A stretch of DNA of 64,000 nt, from contig OZ024741.1 in NCBI GenBank assembly GCA_964016885.1, positions 70,680,001 to 70,744,000 of the forward strand. Reading direction: 5' to 3'. A program made the position numbers and the translations under genes. This document shows, piece after piece, positions 1 to 11,497 of this stretch. The notes beneath the pieces were generated by a model. That model was not told where the DNA came from. It made no database searches and saw only the letters and a program-made list of their open reading frames with translations. Position 1 is the first letter of the stretch, and every line of letters starts with the position of its first letter. Origin of the DNA: Eledone cirrhosa. Lineage: Eukaryota.

Positions 1-439
1 GCTCATATCAACACACCCACCATTATCTGTCTTGTTGTTTGTTTTATCAATCAATATTTTATAGAGTTGCAAAGAACCCTTTTGACACAACACTGTTTTT
101 TTAACCTGCAGTATGTCTAATGCTACCTGCAGTATTATATCAAAAGCACAAATATACACGGATATGCATATTGGAAGCAGTGATTTATGTACAAACATAA
201 ATAGAACTAGTCACATATTAAGTGAATGAGCGATCAAAACATGCAAGCATAGTGCAGGTTATATTGTTGTAGAAAAAAGTTTCACTTTTAAGGAGCTTGC
301 CTCTTCTTACTGCGAATTTCTTATATTGGTTTAGAGCATTTATACACTGGGTTCTGACAATTAGATGTGGCATAAATTAAGGATACACAACTAAGAAAAT
401 TGGTTGATTACTTTATTGGTCAATAATGATTAATTATTA

Positions 440-900
440 CACTGGTCAACAAAATTTTGCTTTTTTTCAGCTGACCTAAGTTAGAGATCTGTTGAGTAAT
501 TTAGGGCTGCTGAGTTTAAAAAGGACAATACTTTTTACTATCACGTCAAGTTTCTTAAAAGTGATGGGTACTTTACAGTATGATCTTCATAAATGGAGAC
601 TATAGATAGTTCAAAGAAGAGTCTAAAATGTGTATTATTCCATAATGGAAACTTGTTTTGTGCAATTCCTACTAGTCACTCTATGCACTTAAAAGAGAAG
701 CATGAACACATAAAAATTGTGATAGATTTACTCAGGTATGATGAACAAAAATGGAACATATGTGTAGATCTGAAAATGGTTCACATTTTACTTGGCCAAC
801 AAGGAGGGTATTTAAAATATCCGTATTTCCTGTGTATCAGATAGCCGAGCAAAAGACAAAATTGGGAACAGGAGCACTGGCAAGTTAGAAAAAGTTTGAC
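440..900 (+). mobile_element. Internally deleted DNA transposon remnant, probably CMC/Chapaev3-like
   Basis: Terminus CACTGGTCAACAAA...CTATCACGTCAAGTT is followed by ORF 593-844, IDSSKKSLKCVLFHNGN...CVDLKMVHILLGQQGGYLKYPYFLC. This matches from memory the IDSSKRSLK.VLLHNGN...DLK...LLGQQ.GYTKYPCFLC transposase family. The reading frame ends at a stop. Confidence 0.6.
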
Positions 901-1700
901 TGTAGATAATTATCTATTATGTAATTATGTATTGATATGAAAATGCATACTATATTTAACTCTGAAAATGGAGAAATTTTGATGTTTTCCAGCATAATTT
1001 ATGAGTTCTTAAATTTCACTGTTAAATCTTATTTTTCAATTGAGCAAGTTTAGATAACAAGAATCATTATTACTGGAAAATGTTTTGAATACTATTAAAT
1101 AAACATGTAATCAGAATCTATATAATTTTTAAAAGAGCAATTAAACATGTGTTGGCGGGTCTCTTTTTTACTTTTACACTTTAACCTACAGAAATGTATA
1201 TTCTCTGGGCAATACCAAGTGATTTCCAGTTGTGTAGATCAGCATATTAGAACACTAGGAACAGAGTTATATTACACTGTTAGGCTTAGATTGTGTATCC
1301 TAGGAAATAATGTTTCTTATGTATTTTTTCACTTTTAACACAATATATTTTCCAAATGTCTCTGTTAGTCATAGTTTTCTTACTCTAAAGCAATAATGGC
1401 TTATTATTCAACAAGAAAAAGCCAACACATACTAATTGGTAACATGGTCAAAGTCACCGATATCAATTATTTACTGATTAATTGGTACAACTCTGGTATC
1501 AATGTTATGTAGATGAGTTTATAATTTATTTATGTTAATGATAAAGGTAAGAGAGAGGAGAAATATTCACTTCCATGATATATTAGTTGGTTTTAATTTT
1601 TCCCTTAGTTACTCGATTAATATTTTCTTTATATATTTGGTTGTTATTAAATGTATTTCTCTCTATATTTTATTTATACATATATCTATATATATATTAG

Positions 1701-1877
1701 CGGAACTGAAGGAGAAGGCTGATGCCATATCAAAGCAAGCAGAGAAGACATCAAATTACAGTGATGCCTTATCTAACAGAGCCAAGGATATCACCGATGA
1801 AATGGAAAAATACAAGGACTTAAGAAGCATTGATTTCAAAAAGATAAAACAAAAGATTAATATGAGCCTTTCTCAAG
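1701..1877 (+). CDS. LanA: Laminin alpha chain exon (coiled-coil domain; first visible exon)
   Basis: Acceptor ...ATATTAG|CG, phase 1. Peptide ELKEKADAISKQAEKTSNYSDALSNRAKDITDEMEKYKDLRSIDFKKIKQKINMSLSQ is heptad-like. Donor AG|GCGAGT (GC donor, phase 1) matches the phase of the next exon. Confidence 0.7.
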
Positions 1878-1904
1878 GCGAGTTACTTTTATTTCTATTT
1901 TTGA

Positions 1905-2130
1905 CTGGGTGGTTAAGAAGTTTACTTTGCAATCATAAGATCTTAGGTTTGATCCCACTGCATGGCATCTTGGCCACTTTTGTTATATATTGTCCTGCAG
2001 ATTTGGCTTAGGAATTATGTTAAGAGTACATGTGTCTGTTGAATAGCCAGCTGCATACATGTTAATTTGCAAGCTGGATGTTCAGTTGATCATACAACAG
2101 AATCTTTTTTGTTGAAACTGATGGAGAACC
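1905..2130 (+). mobile_element. Degenerate tRNA-derived SINE
   Basis: Head GGTGGTTAAGAAG...GGTTTGATCCCACTG has A/B-box-like motifs; the body resembles the SINEs at 10160-10420 and 10640-10960. Confidence 0.55.
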
Positions 2131-2650
2131 TATCATCATCATCAGGTTATTTTGACTTCAATCCCTTTTATTGATGGGCAGGTAGGTATTGCTATGTTAA
2201 TGCTACAGCTAATAAACCCTAACCAATCAAGCATGCACTTTATGCAAACAAGCACATCCAGCAGACATTTTATGCACAAAAATATATATGCTATAGCTTA
2301 TTCTTAATTTAGTTCCAAGTTAATAGAAAACCCTGAAGCATTAGTGTCTGGCATTCTCAAACATTTATTAAGATTTGTGACTTGATCCCAGCTTAAAACA
2401 TATATGAGACATATATATGTTTATTACATATAAACATATCATATACACTTCTATTATGAATCAAAGTATGTTAGTGTTACTGCTAATTGATCCCAGCCAA
2501 GCATGCACAAAATGCAATATTTTATTTTAATCTCAATACTGAGTGAGTTAACAGCACTGATGAATTAAGAAAAAACCTGAAATGTCATTCTAACATGACT
2601 ACTGAGGTAGCTATAATATGACCATTATTTAAAATACTAACATTGAGATG

Positions 2651-2700
<50 letters not shown>

Positions 2701-2884
2701 ATAGAAAAAAACGAGGAAGTTTCGTTTACATATAAAATATATTTATTGTGCACATTTCACAGAGGATGTATGTGTATATATGAATGTATATGTGCACCTG
2801 AGCACTTTACACAATAATTTCATTATATTATATATATATATGAATGTATGTATGTATATATATGTAAATATATATATGAATGTA

Positions 2885-2941
<57 letters not shown>

Positions 2942-2953
2942 CTATGTATGTAT

Positions 2954-4200
2954 AATAATGAAATTATTGTGTACAGTGCTCAAGTGCACTACAACTCATC
3001 AAAGGTGCATGTATAGTACATAGAATAATGTACAAATGTCAGGAAAATGAACAGTGTACGAGTCATGGTATACATGTGTGTATGGAGGGGGAACATCAGG
3101 TGTAGTGTTGAATCTCAGGAAGAATGGAGGTTTTAAAGGATGCAGTGTCTCGACAGCTAACAACTGATGCAGGTAGTCTGTTCCATGCTTCAGCAACTCT
3201 GTGTGTGAAAAAATGTTTCCAAAAGTCATGGGAGCTGTGCTGTTTTCTGACTTTGTAGGCATGCCCACGTGTGTTGGACACATGGAAATCAAAAAGTGCT
3301 CAGGGTTGTTGTTGACAAGATGGTTAATAATTTTGTGGGTGTTTACCAAGTCAGTTGCCAGATGTTGGAGCTTCAATGTATCCATGCCCAGGGAAGCAAG
3401 GCGTTCAGAGTATGGTAGATGCTTGATGGAGGGTATTCGCTTGGTTGCAGGTCTCTGAACAGTTTCCAAGTAGTCAATGCTCTAAGCAAGAGAGGGGTTC
3501 CAGACAGGTGATGCAAATTCTAAGTGTGGCCATACCATAGCTATATACAACTTTAAATAGATAGCTGAAGAGCGGCTGACAATGGTCTTGCTGAGTGATG
3601 TTAAGACACCCTCAGCCTTGACAATTTTAGAGACGTGCTTCGTCCAACTCTGCTGACAGTAATGCCCAGGTCACGTTCACAAGAAGACTTCTTGATATTA
3701 GTGTTGTGGAGGGAGTATGTGGACACTGGGTTTTTACTTTCAAAATGCATGGTGGTACACTTGTCCTCAGCCAACTTGAGTTGCCAGTCCGTGATCCATT
3801 GTTACATTGTGTCCAGGTCTGATTGCAGAAAATATCTATTGTGTTCAGGATCTGTCCTTTTTATCTCAAGGTACAGCTTGATGTCATCTGCATATTTCAG
3901 TACTGTGGCATTCTTTAAGTTGGCATCTATGTCATTAATATATGCCACAAACAAAATGGGGCCAAAAACAGATCCCTGTGGTACATCAGATGACATCTCA
4001 TACAGTGAGGAATGCTGTCCTAGAACCATGATTACCTCTCTTCGACTGAGAATGAAGGACTTCAATCAGTTAAAATGATCATCCTTCACATCCATTGCAG
4101 AGAATTTTGCCATAAGTCTTTTGTGTGGCACAGAATTGAAAGCTTTAGCAAAGTCAAGGTAAACAACATCCACCCATGAGCTGCCAGCAGTGATCCGGGT
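2954..4200 (-). mobile_element. 5'-truncated CR1-group LINE (RT C-terminal part and 3' UTR)
   Basis: Minus-strand peptides VPQGSVFGPILFVAYIND, LKYADDIKLY and TRGHAYKVRKQ...FFTHRVAEAWNRLP. The (ATT)n-type tail is at about 2954. Closely similar to 49453-50640. Confidence 0.9.
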
Positions 4201-4422
4201 ATGTATATATATGTACATATATATATGAATGTATATGTATATATATAGTAATAAGAATATTTATATTTATATATGTTTGATATAACTATAAATATGTAGG
4301 GTAGTACTAAGTACTAGCCAGTTACCGGTATGACAAAAGGCTCAATGCAAATTTTCAAGTGTTTTACAGAGCCGAGATACAAAGTGTTAAAACGATCAAA
4401 TTTTAGTTTAGAACATTTATTT

Positions 4423-4467
4423 GCTGACAATTGTTTCTTCCAGAGGGAAGTCTGGAATCATCGGAGC
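4423..4467 (-). ncRNA. Minimal hammerhead ribozyme-like motif (Penelope-type), variant core
   Basis: Minus strand reads GCU-CCGAUGA-UUCCAGA cuuccc UCUGGAA-GAAA-CAAUUG-UC-AGC: helix I GCU/AGC, a 7-bp helix II, palindromic helix III and a GUC triplet. Confidence 0.55.
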
Positions 4468-4544
4468 ATAAAGAATATCGAAACATGTTACTAAAATCCT
4501 AGTCATTTATGTATGTATCCCTAGATGGATTGGTCGTTTTAACA

Positions 4545-4623
4545 CTTTATATATATATGTATATGTATATGTATATATATATATATGTATATGTATATGT
4601 ATGTATATATATGTACATATATG

Positions 4624-4654
<31 letters not shown>

Positions 4655-4777
4655 GTATATGTATATATGTATATGTATATGTATGTATATATATGTACAT
4701 ATATATATATGAATGTATGTGTATATTTATATATATATATGTATATGTATATGTATGTATATATGTATGTGTATATT

Positions 4778-4808
<31 letters not shown>

Positions 4809-5065
4809 ATATATGTACATATATATATGTATGTATGTATATATATGTACATATATATATATATGTATGTATGTATATATATGTACATATATATATGTAT
4901 GTATGTATATATATGTACATATATATATGAATGTATGTGTATATTTATATATGTATGTATGTATATATATGTACATATATATATGAATGTATGTGTATAT
5001 TTATATATGTATGTATGTATGTATATATGTATGTATGTATGTATATGTACATATATATATATATA
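4545..5065. repeat. (TA)/(TATG) compound microsatellite
   Basis: Directly visible; it is the source of the spurious Y/I/M/C-rich ORFs here. Confidence 0.95.
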
Positions 5066-5143
5066 AATGTATCTGTGTATATAAAGACATTTTTTCCAAT
5101 TCCAACCCGTCCGTCCCGTCAATCTATCTAATTTCTCATTCTT

Positions 5144-5179
5144 TCTTCTGATGAAGGACTAGCGTCCGAAACGTTAAGA
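5144..5179 (+). ncRNA. Minimal hammerhead ribozyme-like motif (Penelope-type)
   Basis: UCUU-CUGAUGA-a-GGAC uagc GUCC-GAAA-CG-UU-AAGA: canonical core, 4-bp helix II, ACGU palindrome and helix I UCUU/AAGA. Confidence 0.6.
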
Positions 5180-5319
5180 CCCTCTTCCTGCTACATCAAG
5201 TGTTAACCTAATATATTCCTGCCATATACTGTACCGATTGTGTTGTTATTTCTGTTTACCTTTTACATACATATATATGTATATATGTATGTATATATAT
5301 ATGTATATATATATATGAT

Positions 5320-5657
5320 GGAGGCACATGGCTTAGTGGTTAGAGCATTGGCCTTGCAATCGAAAGGTTGTGAGTTCAATTCTCAGACCGGGTGATGTGT
5401 TGTTTCCTTGAGCAAGACACTTTATTTCACATTGCTCCAGTTTACTCAGCTGTAGAAATGAGATGATAGGGACTGGGGTCCCTATCATTCCACTGTAAAG
5501 TGGTCGTGTAGGCGCCACGGAAAAAAAGCACCCAGTACTCACTGTAAATGAGGTTGGTGTTAGGAAGGGCATCCAGCTGTAGAAATCAAGCCAGAATCAG
5601 TTCCCGTCCCACTCTTGCATGCAGGGAAAAGCGGATGTAAAATGATGATGATGATGA
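5320..5657 (+). mobile_element. tRNA-derived SINE with RTE-LINE-derived 3' tail
   Basis: A box TGGCTTAGTGG and B box GAGTTCAATTC, central CCTTGAGCAAGACACTT, then GGTGTTAGGAAGGGCATCCAGCTGTAGAAA...(GAT)n, which is shared with the RTE 3' UTR. Confidence 0.85.
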
Positions 5658-5680
5658 TATATATAAATGTATATATATAT

Positions 5681-5982
5681 ATATAGAAATTACATGAATC
5701 AAAGTTCTGTTTAAATCATTTATTTGCTTACAATTGTTTCTTCCAAACCGAGGTTTGGAGTCTTCGGAGCAATTATTCAGTGTTTTTTACATACTTGACC
5801 TCCTTTTCAACACAAGAGACATATAGAAACATATGTATATATTGACCCACAGTGGGTTGACATCCATCATAATAATATAGCATGGCAATTTACATACAAA
5901 GATTGCAGTCATCGGTTTGGAAGAAACAATTGTAAGCAAATAAATGATTTAAACAGAACTTTGATTCATGTAATTTCTATAT
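5681..5982. mobile_element. Penelope-like inverted-repeat remnant containing a hammerhead motif
   Basis: About 70-bp perfect inverted repeat (5681-5751 / 5912-5982). Minus-strand hammerhead-like motif at 5726-5770. Confidence 0.6.
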
Positions 5983-6138
5983 AACTACTCTGTAAAACAA
6001 CTGATGTTGTTACATTGAGCTATTTATCTTACTGGTAATAAGATAGTAATAAATTACTGTCTTTCACTATTTAGGGTTTAAAATATATATAACTATAAAA
6101 GGTTTTAGTATATACATAACCATAAATAGTATCCTTAA

Positions 6139-6178
<40 letters not shown>

Positions 6179-6184
6179 GTATGT

Positions 6185-8375
6185 ATCATCATCATCATCA
6201 TCATCATCAACGTTTAACGTCCGTGTTCCACGCTTGCATGGGTTTGGACGGGGGTTTTCCCACTTGACGCAAGAGTGATTGTCTTGCTCGCATAGGACTG
6301 TCTGGCAGGTTTTCTACATTTGGATGCCCTTCCTAACACCACCCACATTTACAGTGTGGGTCTGGGAGGTTTTTACCGTGTTGCCTACACGGCCACATTA
6401 CAGCGTGGACTGTGTGTTTTTTTGTCGTGACACCTACACGATCTCATTTGTTTCGGCCTGGATGGTGTGGCACCAATATAACTTTACATAGAAGGGGGCG
6501 GTGTGGATGGGGTGGGGGTGGTGGGACGGGGGTGTATTTTGTTAGAGATGCCTACTGACTGTAGTAGGTTTTACTTTGTATTTAGGTAAGGCGGGTCTTC
6601 TCTATTACTGAGTACCGCCAAAGGTCTCGGTCCAGTGACATTGTCTTGGTGAGGTGTAAGTGTGTGAGGTCGGAGTTTATCAGCTCGTCCCAGGTTTTTC
6701 TGGGTCTGCCTATTCCGTGGCTACCGTCTATCTTTATTGCCCTACACTTTGTTATACAGCTATCGTCCTTCATGCGCATCACGTGACCATACCAACGTAG
6801 CCTTCTCTCTAGTAAACAACATCTGATCCCTCTTATTTCTAATTTTTTCCTTAGTTCGTTTATGCTTTGTCGTTCACGTATATTACTATTACACATCCAG
6901 CGGAGCATGCAAGCTTCGTTTCTCTCTAGTCTGCGTATATCCTCTGCACACAATGCCCAGGTCTCACTGCCGTGCAACATTGTTGTTCGTATGCAGGCAT
7001 CGTACAACCTGCCTTTCATTTTTAGGGAGAACCCTTTAGCGGCTAATAGTGGTATAAGCTCTCTGAACTTTTTCCACCCAGTTCTGACTCTAGCTACTGT
7101 ACTTTCAGAGCACCCTCCCCCACTGCTGATTTTGTCACCCAGGTAACGGAAGCTGTCCACTATTTCTATAGAACCCTCTGCGCAGTTGAAAGAGCTAGTG
7201 TTTTGTGGGCACTTGCTGCTACTTATTGCCCCAGAACACCGGCCACATGTAAAATCTATGTTCTTAGTTAGCTTACCTGTGATCCCACTACATCTTTTAT
7301 GCACCCAAACTTTGCATTTGGGACACAAAATGGAATTTCTAGCTACGCCTTTCCTACACTCTGCACATGGCCACTTCCCGGAGGGGACCGCCGCCTTATT
7401 TTCTTTCTTACAAACTAGAACTTTAGTCTTAGCCAGGTTAATTCTAAGGCCTTTTGATTCTAGGCCGTGCTTCCATGTTTGGAATTTCTTCTCTAGCTCG
7501 GCCATTGATTCAGCTATGAGCGTTAGATCATCTGCGTATAGGAGTTCCCATGGGCAGCCGGTCTTGAACTCCACTGTTATAGCCTGGAGGGCAATAATAA
7601 ATAGTAGGGCGCTAAGAACAGAGCCCTGATGAAAACCAACTTTTACACTAAACTCTTCACTATATTCGTTGTTAATTCTAACCTTGCTGACTGTTTCTTT
7701 ATACATGGCTTGTATAGCTCTCACAAGCCATTCATCAACACCTAGTTTTCTAAGAGCCCACCAGATAATGGAACGGGGGACTCTGTCGAAGGCCTTCTCC
7801 AAGTCGACGAAAGCTAAGTATAGGGGTTTACTTTTAGCTAGGTACTTCTCCTGTAGTTGTCGTACAATGAAAAGAGCGTCTGTGGTACTTTTTCCTGACG
7901 CAAACCCGAACTGCATTTCATCTAGATCAATTCGCTCTCTGATTAGTTGCGCTATTACTTTTTCCGTGACCTTCATGACCTGGTCGATTAATTTAATGCC
8001 TCTATAGTTACTCCTATCTAGGGCATCTCCTTTACCCTTATAACAGTTAACGATGATGCTGCTACGCCAGTCCTTCGGAACAACCCCATTCTGTATGACT
8101 TGGTTGACTATCTGGGTGACCATGGTGTGTCCCACCGTACCAGATGCCTTCAGCATCTCGGCAACTATTTCCGAAGGCCCAGCCGCCTTGCCCGTCTTCA
8201 TATCTTTGATTGCCTTACTTATTATACTACCCTCGACTAACACTGCTGGTCCCTCTATTGGGTCGATGTGGGGGAGACTGTCTTTCTCCCATTTATTCTC
8301 CTCATTTAGTAGCCTTTCATAGTGACACTTCCAAGCTACCTTCTTATCGGCGTCGGTGATGGCAAGTACGCCGTC
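6185..8375 (-). mobile_element. 5'-truncated RTE-clade LINE, young copy with uninterrupted RT ORF (6582-8375)
   Basis: Motifs QFGF, FVDLEKAFDRV, GFHQGSVLS, LLYADD, RLRWYGHVMR and GRPRKTW over about 600 codons without a stop. The 3' UTR ends in (GAT)n, and both ends lie in (TA)n. Confidence 0.95.
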
Positions 8376-8634
8376 ATATATATATAAATGTATGTATATA
8401 TATATATATAAATGTATGTATATATATATATATAAATGTATGTATATATATATAAATGTATGTATATATATGTACATATGTATGTATGTATGTATGTATG
8501 TATCATCATCTTTGTTTAACGTCCATCTTCCACGTTAGCATGGGTTGTATGGTATGTATGTATATATATGTATACATATATATAAATGTATATATATATA
8601 TATATATGTACATATGTATGTATATAAATGCATG

Positions 8635-8669
<35 letters not shown>

Positions 8670-8927
8670 GTATATATATAAATCTTCCCCCTTGCTGTCG
8701 ATCCAAGATTTGACTACTGTGATTTTACGGATTAACGGTGAAATATATTTCTTTAATGAAATATATACAAGGAGGATTAATCATTTAAAAAGGTAATATT
8801 TGAAGCTCTAGTTAAACTTTAATTAGTTACTACCTAGCTATGTGTGATTACACACTTTACAAATTATCCCTTGTGATTGTTTCATGTGTTTATTTTAAAT
8901 ATATGTATGTCAATCAATTTCTAGTTG

Positions 8928-8959
<32 letters not shown>

Positions 8960-9106
8960 GTATATATATATGTATGTATGTATATATATGTGTGTATGTA
9001 TGTATATGTGTGTATGTATATATATGTATGTATGTATATATATGTATGTATGTATATATATTTATGTATGTATGTATATATATGTATGTATGTATATATA
9101 TATGTA

Positions 9107-9270
9107 TGGTGTTAGGAAGGGCATCCAGCTGTAGAAATCAAGCCAGATCAGTTCCTGTATGAGCAAGGCATGGTCAGCCGACCAGACACTGCCCACAACA
9201 GGACAACCCGTCTAACCCATGCTAGCGTGGAAGAACGGACGTAAAACGGTGATGATGATGATGATGATGT
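9107..9270 (+). mobile_element. RTE/SINE 3' tail fragment
   Basis: GGTGTTAGGAAGGGCATCCAGCTGTAGAAA...CCCATGCTAGCGTGGAA...GGACGTAAAACG(GAT)n. Confidence 0.8.
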
Positions 9271-9501
9271 ATATATATATGTACATATGTATGTATCTAT
9301 GTATGTATATATATAAATGTATATATATATATGTGTGTGTATGTGTTTGAGTGCGTGTATATGTATTTATATTTATGTTCTTGTATTTGCACATGTTTTT
9401 GTGTCAATAAATATATCAAAGATGTATTATACAAATATATGAATGCTACACCCCTTCACACGAGAATATATAAATATATAATATTTCTCTTTATCCTACA
9501 G

Positions 9502-9647
9502 CCAATATGAAAGTGCCTGATATCATATCTAAAGTGGCAAATATGAGCAATGAAATGAATTTTTTGAAATCAATGAGTAATAAATCTCAGATTGACTTAA
9601 GTAAACTGAAGAAGCAAATTCAATTGGCAAGATCTGCGGCAAATGCA
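9502..9647 (+). CDS. LanA: Laminin alpha chain exon (end of coiled coil)
   Basis: Acceptor TTTCTCTTTATCCTACAG|, donor |GTATGT, phase 1 to 0. Peptide ...IDLSKLKKQIQLARSAANA is typical of the laminin alpha helix just before LG1. Confidence 0.88.
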
Positions 9648-10159
9648 GTATGTTACCTTCTTTATTTCTTTGTCATAATTATACCTGCCAGTATATGTAT
9701 GTGTATGCATGTTTGTATAAATGTATGCATGCTTGTAATTATGTATGGACATACTTAGTATGGTTGAATGAACTTATGTGAGCTGCATGAAAAGGCACAG
9801 TCCATGAAATGAATGGAGTAAACTTGCTCTGTGATATTTGTGGTCATATATATCTTTTCAAAACTGTCCTGATAAGTCACCAATGCATTCATTAGGCCAG
9901 AGAAAAAGTTGACTACAGTATGTTTATATTAGATTGCACAGCATTCAGTTCATGTAGGAAGGTTTACAAATCTATTGGTGGATTAAAAATACATTTTTAT
10001 ATATCTGAATACACCTCAGCATACTGATGTGTTCATAGCAGCTTCATTTGTAAGGTCTACAAAAAGTGTCTAAAGGGTTTAAAGAAATAGGCTCCTATAT
10101 GTGATGGCCTTCTCTGGATACCAATGGACAGCTGTTATGCGTGTGTGTTTGTGTGTGAT

Positions 10160-10420
10160 GGTCTAGTGAGTTCCATTCCTGGTGGCATATTGTGTCCTTC
10201 AGCAAGACGTCTTTATTTCACATGGCTCCACACTCCACTCGATTGGCAAAAAGGAGTTGTACTGTTAAAGGGTCAGCCTTGTCATGAACTGTGCCACTGA
10301 ATCTTCCTGAACATTATATTACAGGTGCAAGTGTCTGAGGAATGCTTGGCTACTTTTCAAGAGGAGGCTGTTACATTCATTGAACAACTAGATTGCTTGT
10401 CATCAGAATCGGCTGAGGTC
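10160..10420 (+). mobile_element. Degenerate SINE
   Basis: GTGAGTTCCATTCCTGGTGGCATATTGTGTCCTTCAGCAAGAC...; homologous to 10640-10960. Confidence 0.7.
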
Positions 10421-10426
10421 TAATCA

Positions 10427-10981
10427 TTTAGCATTTAGACCGGCCGGATCTGACCAGAATTCTTTCACCTCTTTCTGTTCAAACTGGTCAGAACTGGCCG
10501 TTCATACTGACATTAAGGTATTGAGTTCAAAATAAAAAAAAACAGAATCTCGTTGATTCAATATTACGTGAGATAATTATGTAAGATATAGCCTTTACCA
10601 CAAAAATACAAAAGTATATATAGAGTAATGTAAACGCAAAGGCAAATGGTTTTGTGGTTAGGATAGTTGGCTCACCATCGTAAGTTCATGAGTTCAATTC
10701 CCGGTGGCACATTGTGTCCTTGAGCAAGACACTTTATTTCACGTTGCTCCTGTCCACTCAGCTAGCAAAAGTGAGTTGTGCCTGTAATTCGAATGGTTAG
10801 CCTTGTCATATTCTGTGTCGTACTGCATCTCCCTGAGAACTACAGTAAGGGTACGCATGTCTGTAGAATGCTCAGCCACTTGCATGTTAATTTGATGAGC
10901 AGGCTGTTCCATTGATTGGATCAACTGGAATACTCTTCGTCATAACCGACAGAGTGCCTCCTAAAAATGCTAAAGAGTTAA
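10427..10981. mobile_element. piggyBac-type MITE interrupted by a tRNA-SINE (about 10640-10960)
   Basis: Left end TTTAGCATTTAG... and right end ...AAATGCTAAAGAGTTAA match the intact MITE at 39785-39987. The SINE sits between them. Confidence 0.7.
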
Positions 10982-11097
10982 AGATGTCAGTCATACTACC
11001 GAAGATTTAACATAACTATATGAATTGATTGAATTATGAATACCATGTATATTAATTAGATACATCTTTGTAATTGCTCTGTTTTTTTTCCTATCAG

Positions 11098-11265
11098 ATT
11101 ATTGTTAGTTTGAAAATGTTTCCTAACACCACTCTACGACTACGCAACCCTTCTATACCCTTTTCTTATTCCAACAACAAATTACAAATGTACATTAATC
11201 CAACATCTAGTAATGGGTTGTTGGCTTATATTGGCAATCCAATGGACTCCTCCCCTTTGAATAAG
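11098..11265 (+). CDS. LanA: Laminin alpha chain exon (LG1 start)
   Basis: Acceptor TTTTTTTTCCTATCAG|, donor AAG|GTATGT, phase 0 to 0. Peptide IIVSLKMFPNTTLRLRNP...NGLLAYIGN. Confidence 0.9.
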
Positions 11266-11410
11266 GTATGTTACTGCTGATGTGATTTTCTATTTTTGTA
11301 TTTTTTATTACACACACGTACACACACACATGCGTACACACTCATAATTACATCATGGTTTCTAACTGGTATGGCCTGTTCTACCCAATGGTAAGCCAAG
11401 CAACAGAAAT

Positions 11411-11455
<45 letters not shown>

Positions 11456-11497
11456 TAGCGAGGTTTTTTATATGAAATCGTGTGCCGAAACAGATGT

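Noticed and set aside
4509-5131. Many Y/I/M/C/V-rich ORFs (also at 8356-9162, 21218-21522, 24106-25428, 28125-28648 and 33405-33731)
   Set aside because: They are translations of (TA)/(TG) microsatellites; the 440-aa ORF also runs through the N gap.
5320-5395. tRNA-like sequences at SINE heads (also 10640, 28440 and 35524)
   Set aside because: They have A/B boxes but no complete cloverleaf, and they continue into SINE bodies.
6862-8322. Antisense ORFs over LINE RT regions (also 32180-33312 and 50066-50653)
   Set aside because: Shadow ORFs on the strand opposite retroelement coding sequence.
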